Below, piece by piece: positions 30,201-38,195 of a stretch of DNA of 64,000 nt (the first letter of the stretch is position 1; each line of letters opens with the position of its first letter). The stretch spans positions 62,929 through 126,928 of the forward strand of contig JAZJZK010000012.1 in NCBI GenBank assembly GCA_040389905.1, given 5' to 3'. The position numbers and the translations under genes were made by a program. Source of the stretch: Gemmatimonadota bacterium (GTDB lineage: Bacteria > Gemmatimonadota > Gemmatimonadetes > Gemmatimonadales > Gemmatimonadaceae). The notes beneath the pieces were generated by a model. That model searched no databases. It was not told the origin of the DNA and worked only from the letters and a program-made list of their open reading frames with translations.

Positions 30201-30326
30201 ACCGGCTTCACTCGTCACTTTCCCTGAGATGATCGCACCCCCTTGTGCGCTCGCCGTAGCAGCTAGCGCCGACAGGAAGAGCGCGACGAGGGCAAGTACG
30301 CCTCGAACGCCTGCAACTCTTTTCAT
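27222..30326 (-). CDS. SusC/RagA-family TonB-dependent outer-membrane transporter (pair 1)
   Basis: Signal peptide, CarboxypepD_reg-like domain, TonB box LDEVVVTG, plug SIEVLKGAAAASFYGSDAANGVVNITTKRG, YTGFDPEV, C-terminal Phe; start taken at ATG 30326. Confidence 0.95.
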   Translation of the reverse strand: MKRVAGVRGVLALVALFLSALAATASAQGGAIISGKVTSEAGAPLAGANVFIQSLNIATQSSPTGSYSLVIPAGRATGSVTLSARYIGYVRQNRAITVSSGSQTQDFSLKADPFRLDEVVVTGVANATSAANIPFSVGKVSEEQLKEVPAASPVAALAGKVSGVKVALGTGNPGAAPVIRLRGSTSLTVGASTPLIIVDGVITKYNIADIDANDIASIEVLKGAAAASFYGSDAANGVVNITTKRGGDLTDNKLNFAVRSEYGQSGISHFVPLNTAHDYVTNADGTIATAANGTRTVKADHFADNKYPSTGPSAYRDQLQTWLQDGAFYSANVQMGLRRGNTNFNSSFTNDHNQGILPLTNGQFRQNLRLNVDQGITDKADFSASITYGIGKNDYNPNSSNGFFALLQAPPDVDLLHPSTTDTTSYFPLLPVASSPSARGNPLYEYANTDYTFRRERLLGSFSARYRPTNWLRVEGSYGTDRLNTRNTTFQFRGYLSSQGLPTNGFYNINSSNNVAENTQINSTATKLLFGDVLSTTRLAYLLETTDANNDATQGNKLNVTGVQDLQALDPTRLATSSGYEAAHTIDYQASQNFTIKDRYIIDAQIRRDGSSLFGPESRWQNFYRVAGAYRISEDFKLPGVQELKLRAARGTAGLRPNFNDQYETYSLGAGVATKAQLGNKALKPAVQTEDEYGVNVGFMDHFDLEVVQANRKTTDAFLTVPLSLAQSGGFLSQVQNIATVSAKTTELSLQTRVVDRPNFSYSFGITGDHTTQRIDKLGVAPFRVGGLGQGQDVFYYKEGENLGIMYGAKWVRSFAQLKENPAFASAVESDYVVNPIGFLVTKATRGLPTEKPIAYTDATGQTQFKIGDVNPDFSFGFSNNFKIHGFGVYALFDGQKGGDIYNFTKQWMFQDLRHADEDQSNKPQDQKINQEFYSGALYNGLVASDHFIENGTYVKLRELSVSYDLGVRQLDRVGLGKYASNVKLALIGRNLHTWTNYTGFDPEVTAGGDFNTRIDGFRYPQFRTITGQVSIGF

Positions 30327-30605
30327 ATGGGTCCTCAGTGTGGGTTCTGCTGTGTTTCCTGCTGCCGATGCACCACGCACCGGCACCGAAATCGTCAGGC
30401 GAATCTCCAGCAACCTGACAGATTCAGAGGCTGGCCCGGAATGACAACCTGTCCTTCCGAACCCTGATGTTCAAATACGCCAGTCTACGATGAGCCGGCC
30501 GATGCACCGTCCCGTGTCCCAAATGGGTACGGCTGAACAGGTGTTCGTCTCCGCAGACCCGCACGTCAGCCGGGGCGTCACTTGTTCTGACAATCTTAGT
30601 GCGGC

Positions 30606-31775
30606 TTAGTTCTGCGGCGGCTTTCCGTGTGCCACCGGAGCGTCGCGAGGACTAAATGTAAACGGCAACTGCACGAACTGCCGGACGCGGCGTGAACCAA
30701 CGAAAGCTGGGATAAACCGGGCTGAACCGAGCGAAACACGGACGGCCTCGGTAAACAGCGGATGCGTCGACGTCAGCACGTCGAGTGTACCGTCCTCAAC
30801 CATACCTGTCGTATCCACCACGAACTCAACGACGACCCGCCCTGCGAGCTTCGCTGTGTACAGAGAATCGGGATATTGCGGCGGCGTGGTGCCGGCCAGC
30901 AGCCGGGCCGGCGTGTCCACCTCGGCCACCGTCTTCACCTCGGCGAGATTGTTCGGATCCGCCTTGAGCGCTGCGAGCGTGGCGGCCACTTGCGCGTTCG
31001 CCGCGCGAACCATCGGGCGGAACGGACGCGACCAGATGGCGATCACCCCGCAGCGGTCCAGATCGCGGGGGCCGGAGAATTCCGGCGGAATCGAGCCAAG
31101 CCCCGCATAGACCTCGATCCCTTCAACGCTCTTCAGGTCGATGATATCGACGTCGAATTCACCGGCGGTTGCCGGGAAGCCGTCCACGAACACGAGCGGC
31201 GGACAATCCGCGCCACGCAACCGAATCGCTTTCCCCTGGTTTCGCATGGGCCCGATCCTGACCCCAGGCATTTCCCGGAGCACGTCCGTGAGAATCGTCG
31301 AATTGGCGCGGTCAATCCGCTCGCGCGTGACGAAATGGCCAACCTGCCGTTTGCTCCGTTCGTTGAAGCCTGCCAGTCGCGCGTCGTAGACCTCTCGTCG
31401 TGCCGCGACGTCGACGGCCGTCAACATCTCCGGTGCAATCGCGAGGACGATATCCAGCCCGTGGTCGCGGCCTGAGTCGAGCCGGAGCAGTTGCGAGTAT
31501 TTCCGGTACCCGAGTCGTCGAGCCTCGATCGTGTGATCGCCCGAGGACAGCCCGGAGATGCGATAGCCGCCTCCCTGATCGGAGCGCGCGCGCGGAGCGT
31601 CATCCACGCGCAACTCGACGTTCGCCACGGGAACGCCGGCAGAATCACGAATGACACCGGAGAGCATGATTCGACCCTGTGCCAGCGCGGGCTGTGCGCA
31701 CGCGAGCATCGCGCCGGCAGCGATGAGCCGACGGACACCGACTACGGTCGAAACGATCCCGAACAGACGTACCAA
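30606..31775 (-). CDS. Secreted fusion: CarboxypepD_reg-like domain + TBDR plug-like domain + TonB C-terminal domain, no beta-barrel
   Basis: AxA signal (ALA-Q); GVIRDSAGVPV...RRLGY; GHFVTRERI...CPPLVFVDG...VEGIEVY...CGVIAIWSR; PQYP...GRVVVEFVVDTTGMV...HPLFTEAV...RFIPA...VQLPFTF. Confidence 0.8.
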   Translation of the reverse strand: MVRLFGIVSTVVGVRRLIAAGAMLACAQPALAQGRIMLSGVIRDSAGVPVANVELRVDDAPRARSDQGGGYRISGLSSGDHTIEARRLGYRKYSQLLRLDSGRDHGLDIVLAIAPEMLTAVDVAARREVYDARLAGFNERSKRQVGHFVTRERIDRANSTILTDVLREMPGVRIGPMRNQGKAIRLRGADCPPLVFVDGFPATAGEFDVDIIDLKSVEGIEVYAGLGSIPPEFSGPRDLDRCGVIAIWSRPFRPMVRAANAQVAATLAALKADPNNLAEVKTVAEVDTPARLLAGTTPPQYPDSLYTAKLAGRVVVEFVVDTTGMVEDGTLDVLTSTHPLFTEAVRVSLGSARFIPAFVGSRRVRQFVQLPFTFSPRDAPVAHGKPPQN

Positions 31776-31834
31776 GGAACCTCGGCTGAACGAGCGACTT
31801 GAGGTTATGACGCTCGGACCCTGATGACCGACCC

Positions 31835-34800
31835 TCAGGGCGCGCGGCGCGTCACCGTAATCTCGTTTGCTTTCGCGGGAACTGGTACTCTCGTTTCACC
31901 CCCGCCAGGCCAGCGAACCCATACTTCGGTTGGCGCGCCGGAAAGTCCCATGACCTGCGTGGCACCATTCTGAGACCAGTACCCCGCGCCGGCCGATATC
32001 TCGCGAACCGGGCCCATCCGCGCGCCATACACGACCCTGACTTGAGCCCCGACGGCATCGGGGTTCGATGCCGGACCGTGCACGCGAACTCGTAGCCCCG
32101 GCTTCGCTCCTCGATTGTGAAACAGGCGAGTGGCGGCACCATTTTGCGACACCACCAGATCGAGGCGTCCGTCGCCGTCATAATCGGAGAATGCCGCGCC
32201 GCGCTGGTCGCCATATACGGTAATTCCAGCGTCGGCACCCGAAACGGGCGTCAAGCCGCCGTTGCCATCTCCACGCATGAGCAAACCCCGTCCGCCATCG
32301 TACCGCTGCGTACCGATTGCCGTCGGAGAGAAATTCTCGCTCAGGAACAGGTCTTCCGCGCCGTCCCCATCGAAGTCCGCGATGCCCGCGTAGAAAGCGG
32401 GCGCGAATTGCGCCTCGGCCGGCAGTGGCGCGGGCACGAAATGGTCGCCGCGGTTCAGGAAGACCATGTGATCGAGCGTCGACGCCGCCAGTTTTTCGAC
32501 GCGATCCATCGAGGGGCCAAGAATCTGTTCGGCCGTCGCATCGGCGTACGACGCGAATCCGCGAATTCGACCGACGAGTTCCGGAAAGGCGACCCTCACA
32601 CGCGCATAGCTGTTGAGCGGCGCCGCGCCCTTGATGCGAGCGTCGTCCCGCGCCAGCAGCATTTCCTCCTCGCCGGCGGCTCCGAATATGCCGTGATACA
32701 GCAGCAGCGGGTGCGCACTGTCGGCGGGTGTCGCCGTGTTTCGGCCCCAACTCGTTGCGACGATATCGAGGCGCCCATCACCATCGAGATCGCCGACGGT
32801 GATCCCGTTCCATCGACTCGTCCAACGCTCGAGCCCCCAGGACGCGGGCGCAGGGGAGAAACGACCGTGCCCGTTGTTGAGGAAAAGCAGGATCGAGCCC
32901 CACTCACGCGCCACGAGGAGGTCGGGGTATCCGTCCCCATTCATGTCCGCGAACACGGCGGCCGAGACGAGACCCACGTTGTGACCGAGCGGCATGTTGT
33001 CGTTGTCGGTCACGAACTTGCCCGCATCGTTCCGGAAAAATCCGGAGGACGCCGCCACCGGATAGCGCATCGGAATGGCGCGCGATCCGACGAAGAGATC
33101 GAGATCGCCATCTCCATCGTAGTCAGCAAGGGCGATCGGACCTGTCGCCGACTCATGCGAGCCGACGACGGGATCGAGCTTGGCACCCACACCGCCACGA
33201 GTGGCGGCGATCGACACCACTGCCGGCTGGTCGGTCATCTCCGCCGGCGTCCGCGCCTGCCACGTCGAGATTCCCGCAATGAGGCGGGTGCCCTGTGCAT
33301 CGGCCATGCCGAGCACGGTCGTGAAATCGGCCGGCGCGATGGGGCCCTTCTGCATCGGCGCCAACACACCCCGCGTGTTCCGGAACACCGAGAGTGCACC
33401 GCCCTTCCCGGCGCCGATGATGAGGTCCTCCGATCCGTCGCGATCGATGTCGAACCAGGACACACCGGGACCCAACTGCGATAACGCGTTCGGCAGCAGG
33501 AACTGCCGGTCCCAGTCGTCGAAGGCGTCCTCGACGTGCATGTGGCCGCGCAACTGCGCGCTCGCGTCCTCGAAGAGTGCAGGCGCGGCGGCGTGACGCG
33601 ACGAATCTCTTGCGGCGCGCTGAGCCGCGGTTTTCTGCGTGATTTCGTACAGGCGATTCTTGTGCACTGGCATGGTCGTGCGCTTGCCGTCGCGCCAGTC
33701 CACGACGAGCGTGGCGGAATCGGCCGTCCCCATCGCGAACGATGCTTCGTAGTCGCTATGCGACATGTACAAGCCGCCCACCGACACCTCGCGCTGCTGC
33801 TTCGGCACCGCGCCACCCAGCAGCGTGATTTTCGCGCCCACAGCCATCGTGTTGGGCGCGTCGCCCACAAGGCGCACCGCAACGCGCGGCGCCGATGCAT
33901 CGTTGCGCATGATCAGCGCCGGCGCACGCAACCGGTTCACGACGACGTCGAGGTCACCATCCCCGTCGAGATCGGCCGAGGCGAGTGTGTGCGAAATGTC
34001 CTCCTCGGTGCCGAAGCGCCACTTCTCACTCACGTCCTCGAACGTCAGGTCACCGCGATTCCGATACGCGACATTCTTCAACTTGAGTGGCGGAAACTTC
34101 CAACGGAGCCGGCGCCAGTTCACGTCGTTGAGGCTGTTCTGAAGCCCCTCCTGCGTGTCGGCGTCCATGATGTCCCAGAGATGCCCATTCGCGATGAGAA
34201 TGTCCTGGCGCCCATCGAGATCGACGTCCATGAACATCGTGCCCCACGACCACCCGCTTGCCTGCACGCCGGCCAGTTCCGAAATCTCGCCGAAGGTCCC
34301 GTCGCCGCGATTGAGGAAGAGGACGTTCCGCTGCTGCTGCAGGGTGAGCTCCATCTCGCCCGGCTTCTTGGGCAGCGGCGTGTGTGTGGGAATCTGTGTC
34401 TGCAAGCGACGCGAATCGTTGCTCAGCATGTCGTCGATGAAGATGTCGGGATACCCGTCGCCATTGATGTCGGCGACATCCATGCCCATCGACGAATTGC
34501 TGACCTGCCGCTGCGCCGTCCATGGCGCGAGCCGGAATCCGCCGCGGCCGTCGTTGAAAAAGAGCTGGTCGATATCCTCGAAGTCGTTGGTGACGTACAG
34601 GTCTGGCGCACCGTCGCCATTCAAGTCCGCGAACTTTGCGTCGAGTGCGAACGACTCCTCGGTGTTCTCGAGGGGCTTCCCCGCCGCGTCGAGAAAATTG
34701 CCGGCCATGGGAAGCTGCGTGAAGCGACCTCCCTCGTTGCGGTAGAACTGATCCGTCGCGCCGCGCACGCTCATGCGCAGTCCGCCCATATCCGGACGCT

Positions 34801-35536
34801 GGGTGAGTTTGTACTCGTTCTGCCACTCCGGAACGATCTCGAACTTGCCCTTCGAAACCTCGCGGACCATCTGGTTGAAGGCACGCCGCTGCGGCGGGAT
34901 ACTGTCGTCGAGATTGTAGGCGCGATAGTTCGCGATGTACATCGCGAGACGTCCGCTGCCGTCGACGTCGGCCATCGTGACGGTCGTTCCGCCGTTCCCA
35001 TTCGGGTCGAGGCCGAGATCTCGACGCTCCGTAAAGACGCCGTGCCCGTCATTCACGAAGATTGCGTTCGGCCCACGCGTGGCGAGCAGGATCAGGTCGA
35101 GGTCGCCGTCTCCATCGAAGTCCGCCAGTGCGGTTCCCGTGGAAAACCGATCGCACGCGCCGACGCCAGCGGTCGTCGTGACGTCCTGGAATTTCCAGTT
35201 CCCGAGGTTCTTGTATAGCGCGCTGCACCCCTGAGTGCGTGCGAGAAACACATCGACCAGCCCATCGCCGTCGACGTCGCCGAGCGAGACACCGGCGCCC
35301 TGTCCGAGAATGCGGTTGCCGAGCAGCACGGAGTCATCGACGGTGTTCTCGAAGTCGATGCCCGTGGTGCGTTTCTCCATCCGTGAAAAGCCGGCGTTGC
35401 CGGATGGGACGTCGACATCACGCCACCGGTAGCCCGTCTCCTGATGCCATGCGGGGAGCGGCTTCGATGCATCGCACGCCATCGCGCCGACCGTGAGCGT
35501 CAGCGCGGCGAGCGCGCGGCGAGGCAAGAACATCAT
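31835..35536 (-). CDS. Lipoprotein with duplicated FG-GAP/VCBS beta-propeller + ASPIC/UnbV units (CRTAC1-like)
   Basis: Lipobox GAMAC; many D-x-D/N-G-D-G-x-x-D repeats; two PNxxAVGA...GGLYMSH / GAGYWSQ...W(R/P)xG ASPIC-UnbV segments; start taken at ATG 35536. Confidence 0.9.
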   Translation of the reverse strand: MMFLPRRALAALTLTVGAMACDASKPLPAWHQETGYRWRDVDVPSGNAGFSRMEKRTTGIDFENTVDDSVLLGNRILGQGAGVSLGDVDGDGLVDVFLARTQGCSALYKNLGNWKFQDVTTTAGVGACDRFSTGTALADFDGDGDLDLILLATRGPNAIFVNDGHGVFTERRDLGLDPNGNGGTTVTMADVDGSGRLAMYIANYRAYNLDDSIPPQRRAFNQMVREVSKGKFEIVPEWQNEYKLTQRPDMGGLRMSVRGATDQFYRNEGGRFTQLPMAGNFLDAAGKPLENTEESFALDAKFADLNGDGAPDLYVTNDFEDIDQLFFNDGRGGFRLAPWTAQRQVSNSSMGMDVADINGDGYPDIFIDDMLSNDSRRLQTQIPTHTPLPKKPGEMELTLQQQRNVLFLNRGDGTFGEISELAGVQASGWSWGTMFMDVDLDGRQDILIANGHLWDIMDADTQEGLQNSLNDVNWRRLRWKFPPLKLKNVAYRNRGDLTFEDVSEKWRFGTEEDISHTLASADLDGDGDLDVVVNRLRAPALIMRNDASAPRVAVRLVGDAPNTMAVGAKITLLGGAVPKQQREVSVGGLYMSHSDYEASFAMGTADSATLVVDWRDGKRTTMPVHKNRLYEITQKTAAQRAARDSSRHAAAPALFEDASAQLRGHMHVEDAFDDWDRQFLLPNALSQLGPGVSWFDIDRDGSEDLIIGAGKGGALSVFRNTRGVLAPMQKGPIAPADFTTVLGMADAQGTRLIAGISTWQARTPAEMTDQPAVVSIAATRGGVGAKLDPVVGSHESATGPIALADYDGDGDLDLFVGSRAIPMRYPVAASSGFFRNDAGKFVTDNDNMPLGHNVGLVSAAVFADMNGDGYPDLLVAREWGSILLFLNNGHGRFSPAPASWGLERWTSRWNGITVGDLDGDGRLDIVATSWGRNTATPADSAHPLLLYHGIFGAAGEEEMLLARDDARIKGAAPLNSYARVRVAFPELVGRIRGFASYADATAEQILGPSMDRVEKLAASTLDHMVFLNRGDHFVPAPLPAEAQFAPAFYAGIADFDGDGAEDLFLSENFSPTAIGTQRYDGGRGLLMRGDGNGGLTPVSGADAGITVYGDQRGAAFSDYDGDGRLDLVVSQNGAATRLFHNRGAKPGLRVRVHGPASNPDAVGAQVRVVYGARMGPVREISAGAGYWSQNGATQVMGLSGAPTEVWVRWPGGGETRVPVPAKANEITVTRRAP

Positions 35537-35607
35537 TCGGAAATCGGTGCGCGTGGGAAAATGCGGTCCGCTAAAGCTAACCGCCGGACCCAAACCCCAA
35601 GCTGCGC

Positions 35608-36150
35608 TTATCCCTTCAGGCGTCCCTTGACCGACTCGAGGATGCGCTTCTCGAGCTCGTATTTCGAGGTACAGCGCACGAACGCACCCGACACGGTCAT
35701 GGGACGGCCCATCGCTTCGAGCAGTGTCCCCACCTTCGCCGTGCCGTCCGGCTGCTGCTCCACCTGCGTCCGAACACTCAGGCGGACGTCGTACGAGTCG
35801 GCACTCGGAAACCCCTGGGCAGAGCCGCAGTCGATGAATTTTCCGAGGTTCGTCGTTCCCAGGTTCTTGTGCACCTTCGCTCCCGAGGTGGCGATCACTC
35901 GCGTCTTCTCGTCGACCTCGGACAGTGGGAGCGAGAGACTGTCGTAGATGGCGGGGAGTACGGCCCACACGTTCGCCGCGGAATAGGGCACGGCAAAGAA
36001 CTGCGCCCCGTCGTTCGAACGCATCGTCAGGCCCCCGGCGCCGCCGCCGCCCGCGGCGCGGAGGGTTCCTTCCGACGTGGAGGAGAGACCGCTATTCGAC
36101 GCGCACGCGGCGGCGGCAAGACAGCAGCAGATGGCAGCCAGCGTGCGCAT
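35608..36150 (-). CDS. Hypothetical lipoprotein (possible BamC/helix-grip-like fold)
   Basis: SD GAGGA then MRTLAAICCCLAAAAC; VWAVLPAIYDSL...D..TRVI; Cys pair DCG...RCTS. Confidence 0.7.
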   Translation of the reverse strand: MRTLAAICCCLAAAACASNSGLSSTSEGTLRAAGGGGAGGLTMRSNDGAQFFAVPYSAANVWAVLPAIYDSLSLPLSEVDEKTRVIATSGAKVHKNLGTTNLGKFIDCGSAQGFPSADSYDVRLSVRTQVEQQPDGTAKVGTLLEAMGRPMTVSGAFVRCTSKYELEKRILESVKGRLKG

Positions 36151-36227
36151 ACAGATTCCTCTCGGTGGGTGGGATGCCTGACGATATGCACCCGTCGTTG
36201 TTCTGTCCAGCGGATACAACTTTGTAC

Positions 36228-36761
36228 TCAACCGCGTCCGCCGAGCTTCTCGCGAAGCATCTTCTCCGATTCGTCATTCTGGCACTTGAGCATGTCGGCG
36301 GCCGTCTTCTTCTGCGAGTCGTCGAGAATCGGGAGCGCGGCGTTCAGGGCTTCCTCGTAATTCGCCTTGATCTCGGCCAGTACCGCCTTGAGGCCAGCGC
36401 GCGCATTGAGCATGCGCGGGAGGTCCTCCTCGCTCGCCCGCGCCGCCGGCTTCATCTCGGTGCGAATGGAGTCGAGCGTCTTGAACGGCGGTTCATTCTT
36501 GCCCTTCACCTTCGCGTCGATGTCCTTCAACTGCGTCAGCTGCGCGTCGGTCAGTTTCAGGTCTCCACGCTTGTCGATGAGGAAACGCAACGGATTCGTG
36601 CTTTCCACGTCCTTGTTCGAGAGCTGGAGTCCTTTCCCCTGCTCCTTCGTGATCTTGTCCCAATCGGCTTCCTTGTCGCCGCGCATCCTGCCCTTTCCCT
36701 GGGCGGCCATGAGGGACGGAAGCAGAACGAGTGCGAAGACTGCGAGCTTTCTATTGACCAT
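36228..36761 (-). CDS. Secreted alpha-helical protein, Spy/CpxP (LTXXQ)-like
   Basis: Signal peptide ending AAQ; LKLTDAQ and ILDDSQK motifs; SD GAGGA before ATG 36761. Confidence 0.7.
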   Translation of the reverse strand: MVNRKLAVFALVLLPSLMAAQGKGRMRGDKEADWDKITKEQGKGLQLSNKDVESTNPLRFLIDKRGDLKLTDAQLTQLKDIDAKVKGKNEPPFKTLDSIRTEMKPAARASEEDLPRMLNARAGLKAVLAEIKANYEEALNAALPILDDSQKKTAADMLKCQNDESEKMLREKLGGRG

Positions 36762-36932
36762 TTTGACGTTCCTCGGCTGAAGATTGGTGGACCGGGGCAG
36801 GATCGTGCGCGGCAAGCGCGGCGCGCGCACGTGACAGATATTGAGAAATACCTGCGCGAGACGCAAATCGTTGAAATCTTGCGCAGCCCTCCCTCTTTGT
36901 ATACATAGCGCTTGACGCTCATCCGATCAGCG

Positions 36933-38195
36933 ATGCCCTTCCGGCCCGGCCACACGCTTCTTGCCTTCGTGCTCGCGGTTGCGGCGTGCGTGCCGGGCGT
37001 TCGCCGTAGCCCGACGCTTCTCGCGACGCCGTCCGCAGTGATCGACGCTCGAAAGAGCGCCGTCATCGCGGCGCACGAGCGGCTTCAGGGTGCGCTGGAT
37101 GATCTCGATAGCGCTGGCATCGCCGCCGTACTCGACCGCGATGCGCATGTCATCATGGTGCGAGGCGACACGGTGCGAGGTGACGCGATGCGGCGCTTCC
37201 TGATGAACGTCGCGGCCGATCGTTCGCAACGGCTCATTTTAGCGCCGGCGCGCCTCGAACAGTGCACCGACGGCACGGTATTGGAATACGACGGCGATTT
37301 TGTCGGGCCGCGGCGAATCGGCACCGAGATCGCGGGCCGATACGACATCCTCTGGACGGTACGCGAGGATTGGGCGACGGTGCACAGCGTGTATCTCGGG
37401 GCGACGCGCTTGTCGGTGCGCGGACAGCTCCCATGCGCGCCAGAGTTTCGGACGGCCGCTGGCCAGCAGCGCTTCACCTTCTCCCTTGCCGCACTCGGCA
37501 ATCCTTTCGGGCTGTCGTCGGTGGGACAGGGCGTGGCGAATGCGATGCGGGCCCAGGGGCTCTCGTACGCGAGCCGCCAGGAGAACGTGTCCGGACCGCT
37601 CGCCGACCCCTTTCCACAGAGTCATCCGTCACTCGGCGGGATTTCGGCGAGCCTCGTCGCTCGCTCGACGCGCGAACTGTCGGGCGAGCTGCTCCTGACC
37701 GCGCGAACGCAGGAAATAGCCAGCGGGTACGACAGCGCGTCTTCGCGCTTCGTGGAGATCACGAGCGCGCCCGTGACCCTGGCGGCCCTGGCACAGTATC
37801 AACGCGGCGCAGTCCGCGTTGGAATAGGGCCCGCATTGCTTTTCGGACGCTTCACGACGCGCGAAGAACAACGCTCGATTGGATTCCTCAAGCGAAGTGC
37901 TGGCGGCATCAACCAATCGACCACCGGAAACCCACTCTACCGCGAATTGCTGGTATCCTATTTCGAAAACGGCACCGCCGCACCGCAGTCCGCGGCGAGC
38001 CGTGCGACGGCGGCGGGGCTCGCCGCGGATGCGGCGTTCATCGTTCCGCTGACTCGACGCACGCTCGTCGAGTTGCACCTGAGCGGCTCCGCCTTCGCTC
38101 CCGCGGCGGTTCCATCGACATCGGGCTTCCGTGGCGTCAGTGTCTCCGCCCGCTACTTCACGCTGGGTTTCTCCCTGAGCCGGGGATGGGAATGA
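36933..38195 (+). CDS. Lipoprotein with SnoaL/NTF2-like N-domain and probable small outer-membrane beta-barrel C-domain
   Basis: VAAC lipobox; LDDLDSAGIAAVLDRDA...GRYDILW; alternating strands VRVGIGPAL, LVELHLSG, YFTLGFSLSRGW. Confidence 0.55.
   Translation: MPFRPGHTLLAFVLAVAACVPGVRRSPTLLATPSAVIDARKSAVIAAHERLQGALDDLDSAGIAAVLDRDAHVIMVRGDTVRGDAMRRFLMNVAADRSQRLILAPARLEQCTDGTVLEYDGDFVGPRRIGTEIAGRYDILWTVREDWATVHSVYLGATRLSVRGQLPCAPEFRTAAGQQRFTFSLAALGNPFGLSSVGQGVANAMRAQGLSYASRQENVSGPLADPFPQSHPSLGGISASLVARSTRELSGELLLTARTQEIASGYDSASSRFVEITSAPVTLAALAQYQRGAVRVGIGPALLFGRFTTREEQRSIGFLKRSAGGINQSTTGNPLYRELLVSYFENGTAAPQSAASRATAAGLAADAAFIVPLTRRTLVELHLSGSAFAPAAVPSTSGFRGVSVSARYFTLGFSLSRGWE

Noticed and set aside
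37262..38191. 310-aa N-terminal extension of the 1103-aa ORF; similar extensions at 35537-35968, 50389-50859 and 59114-59344
   Set aside because: Mostly overlap other real genes; signal peptides and SD or coupling point to the downstream starts
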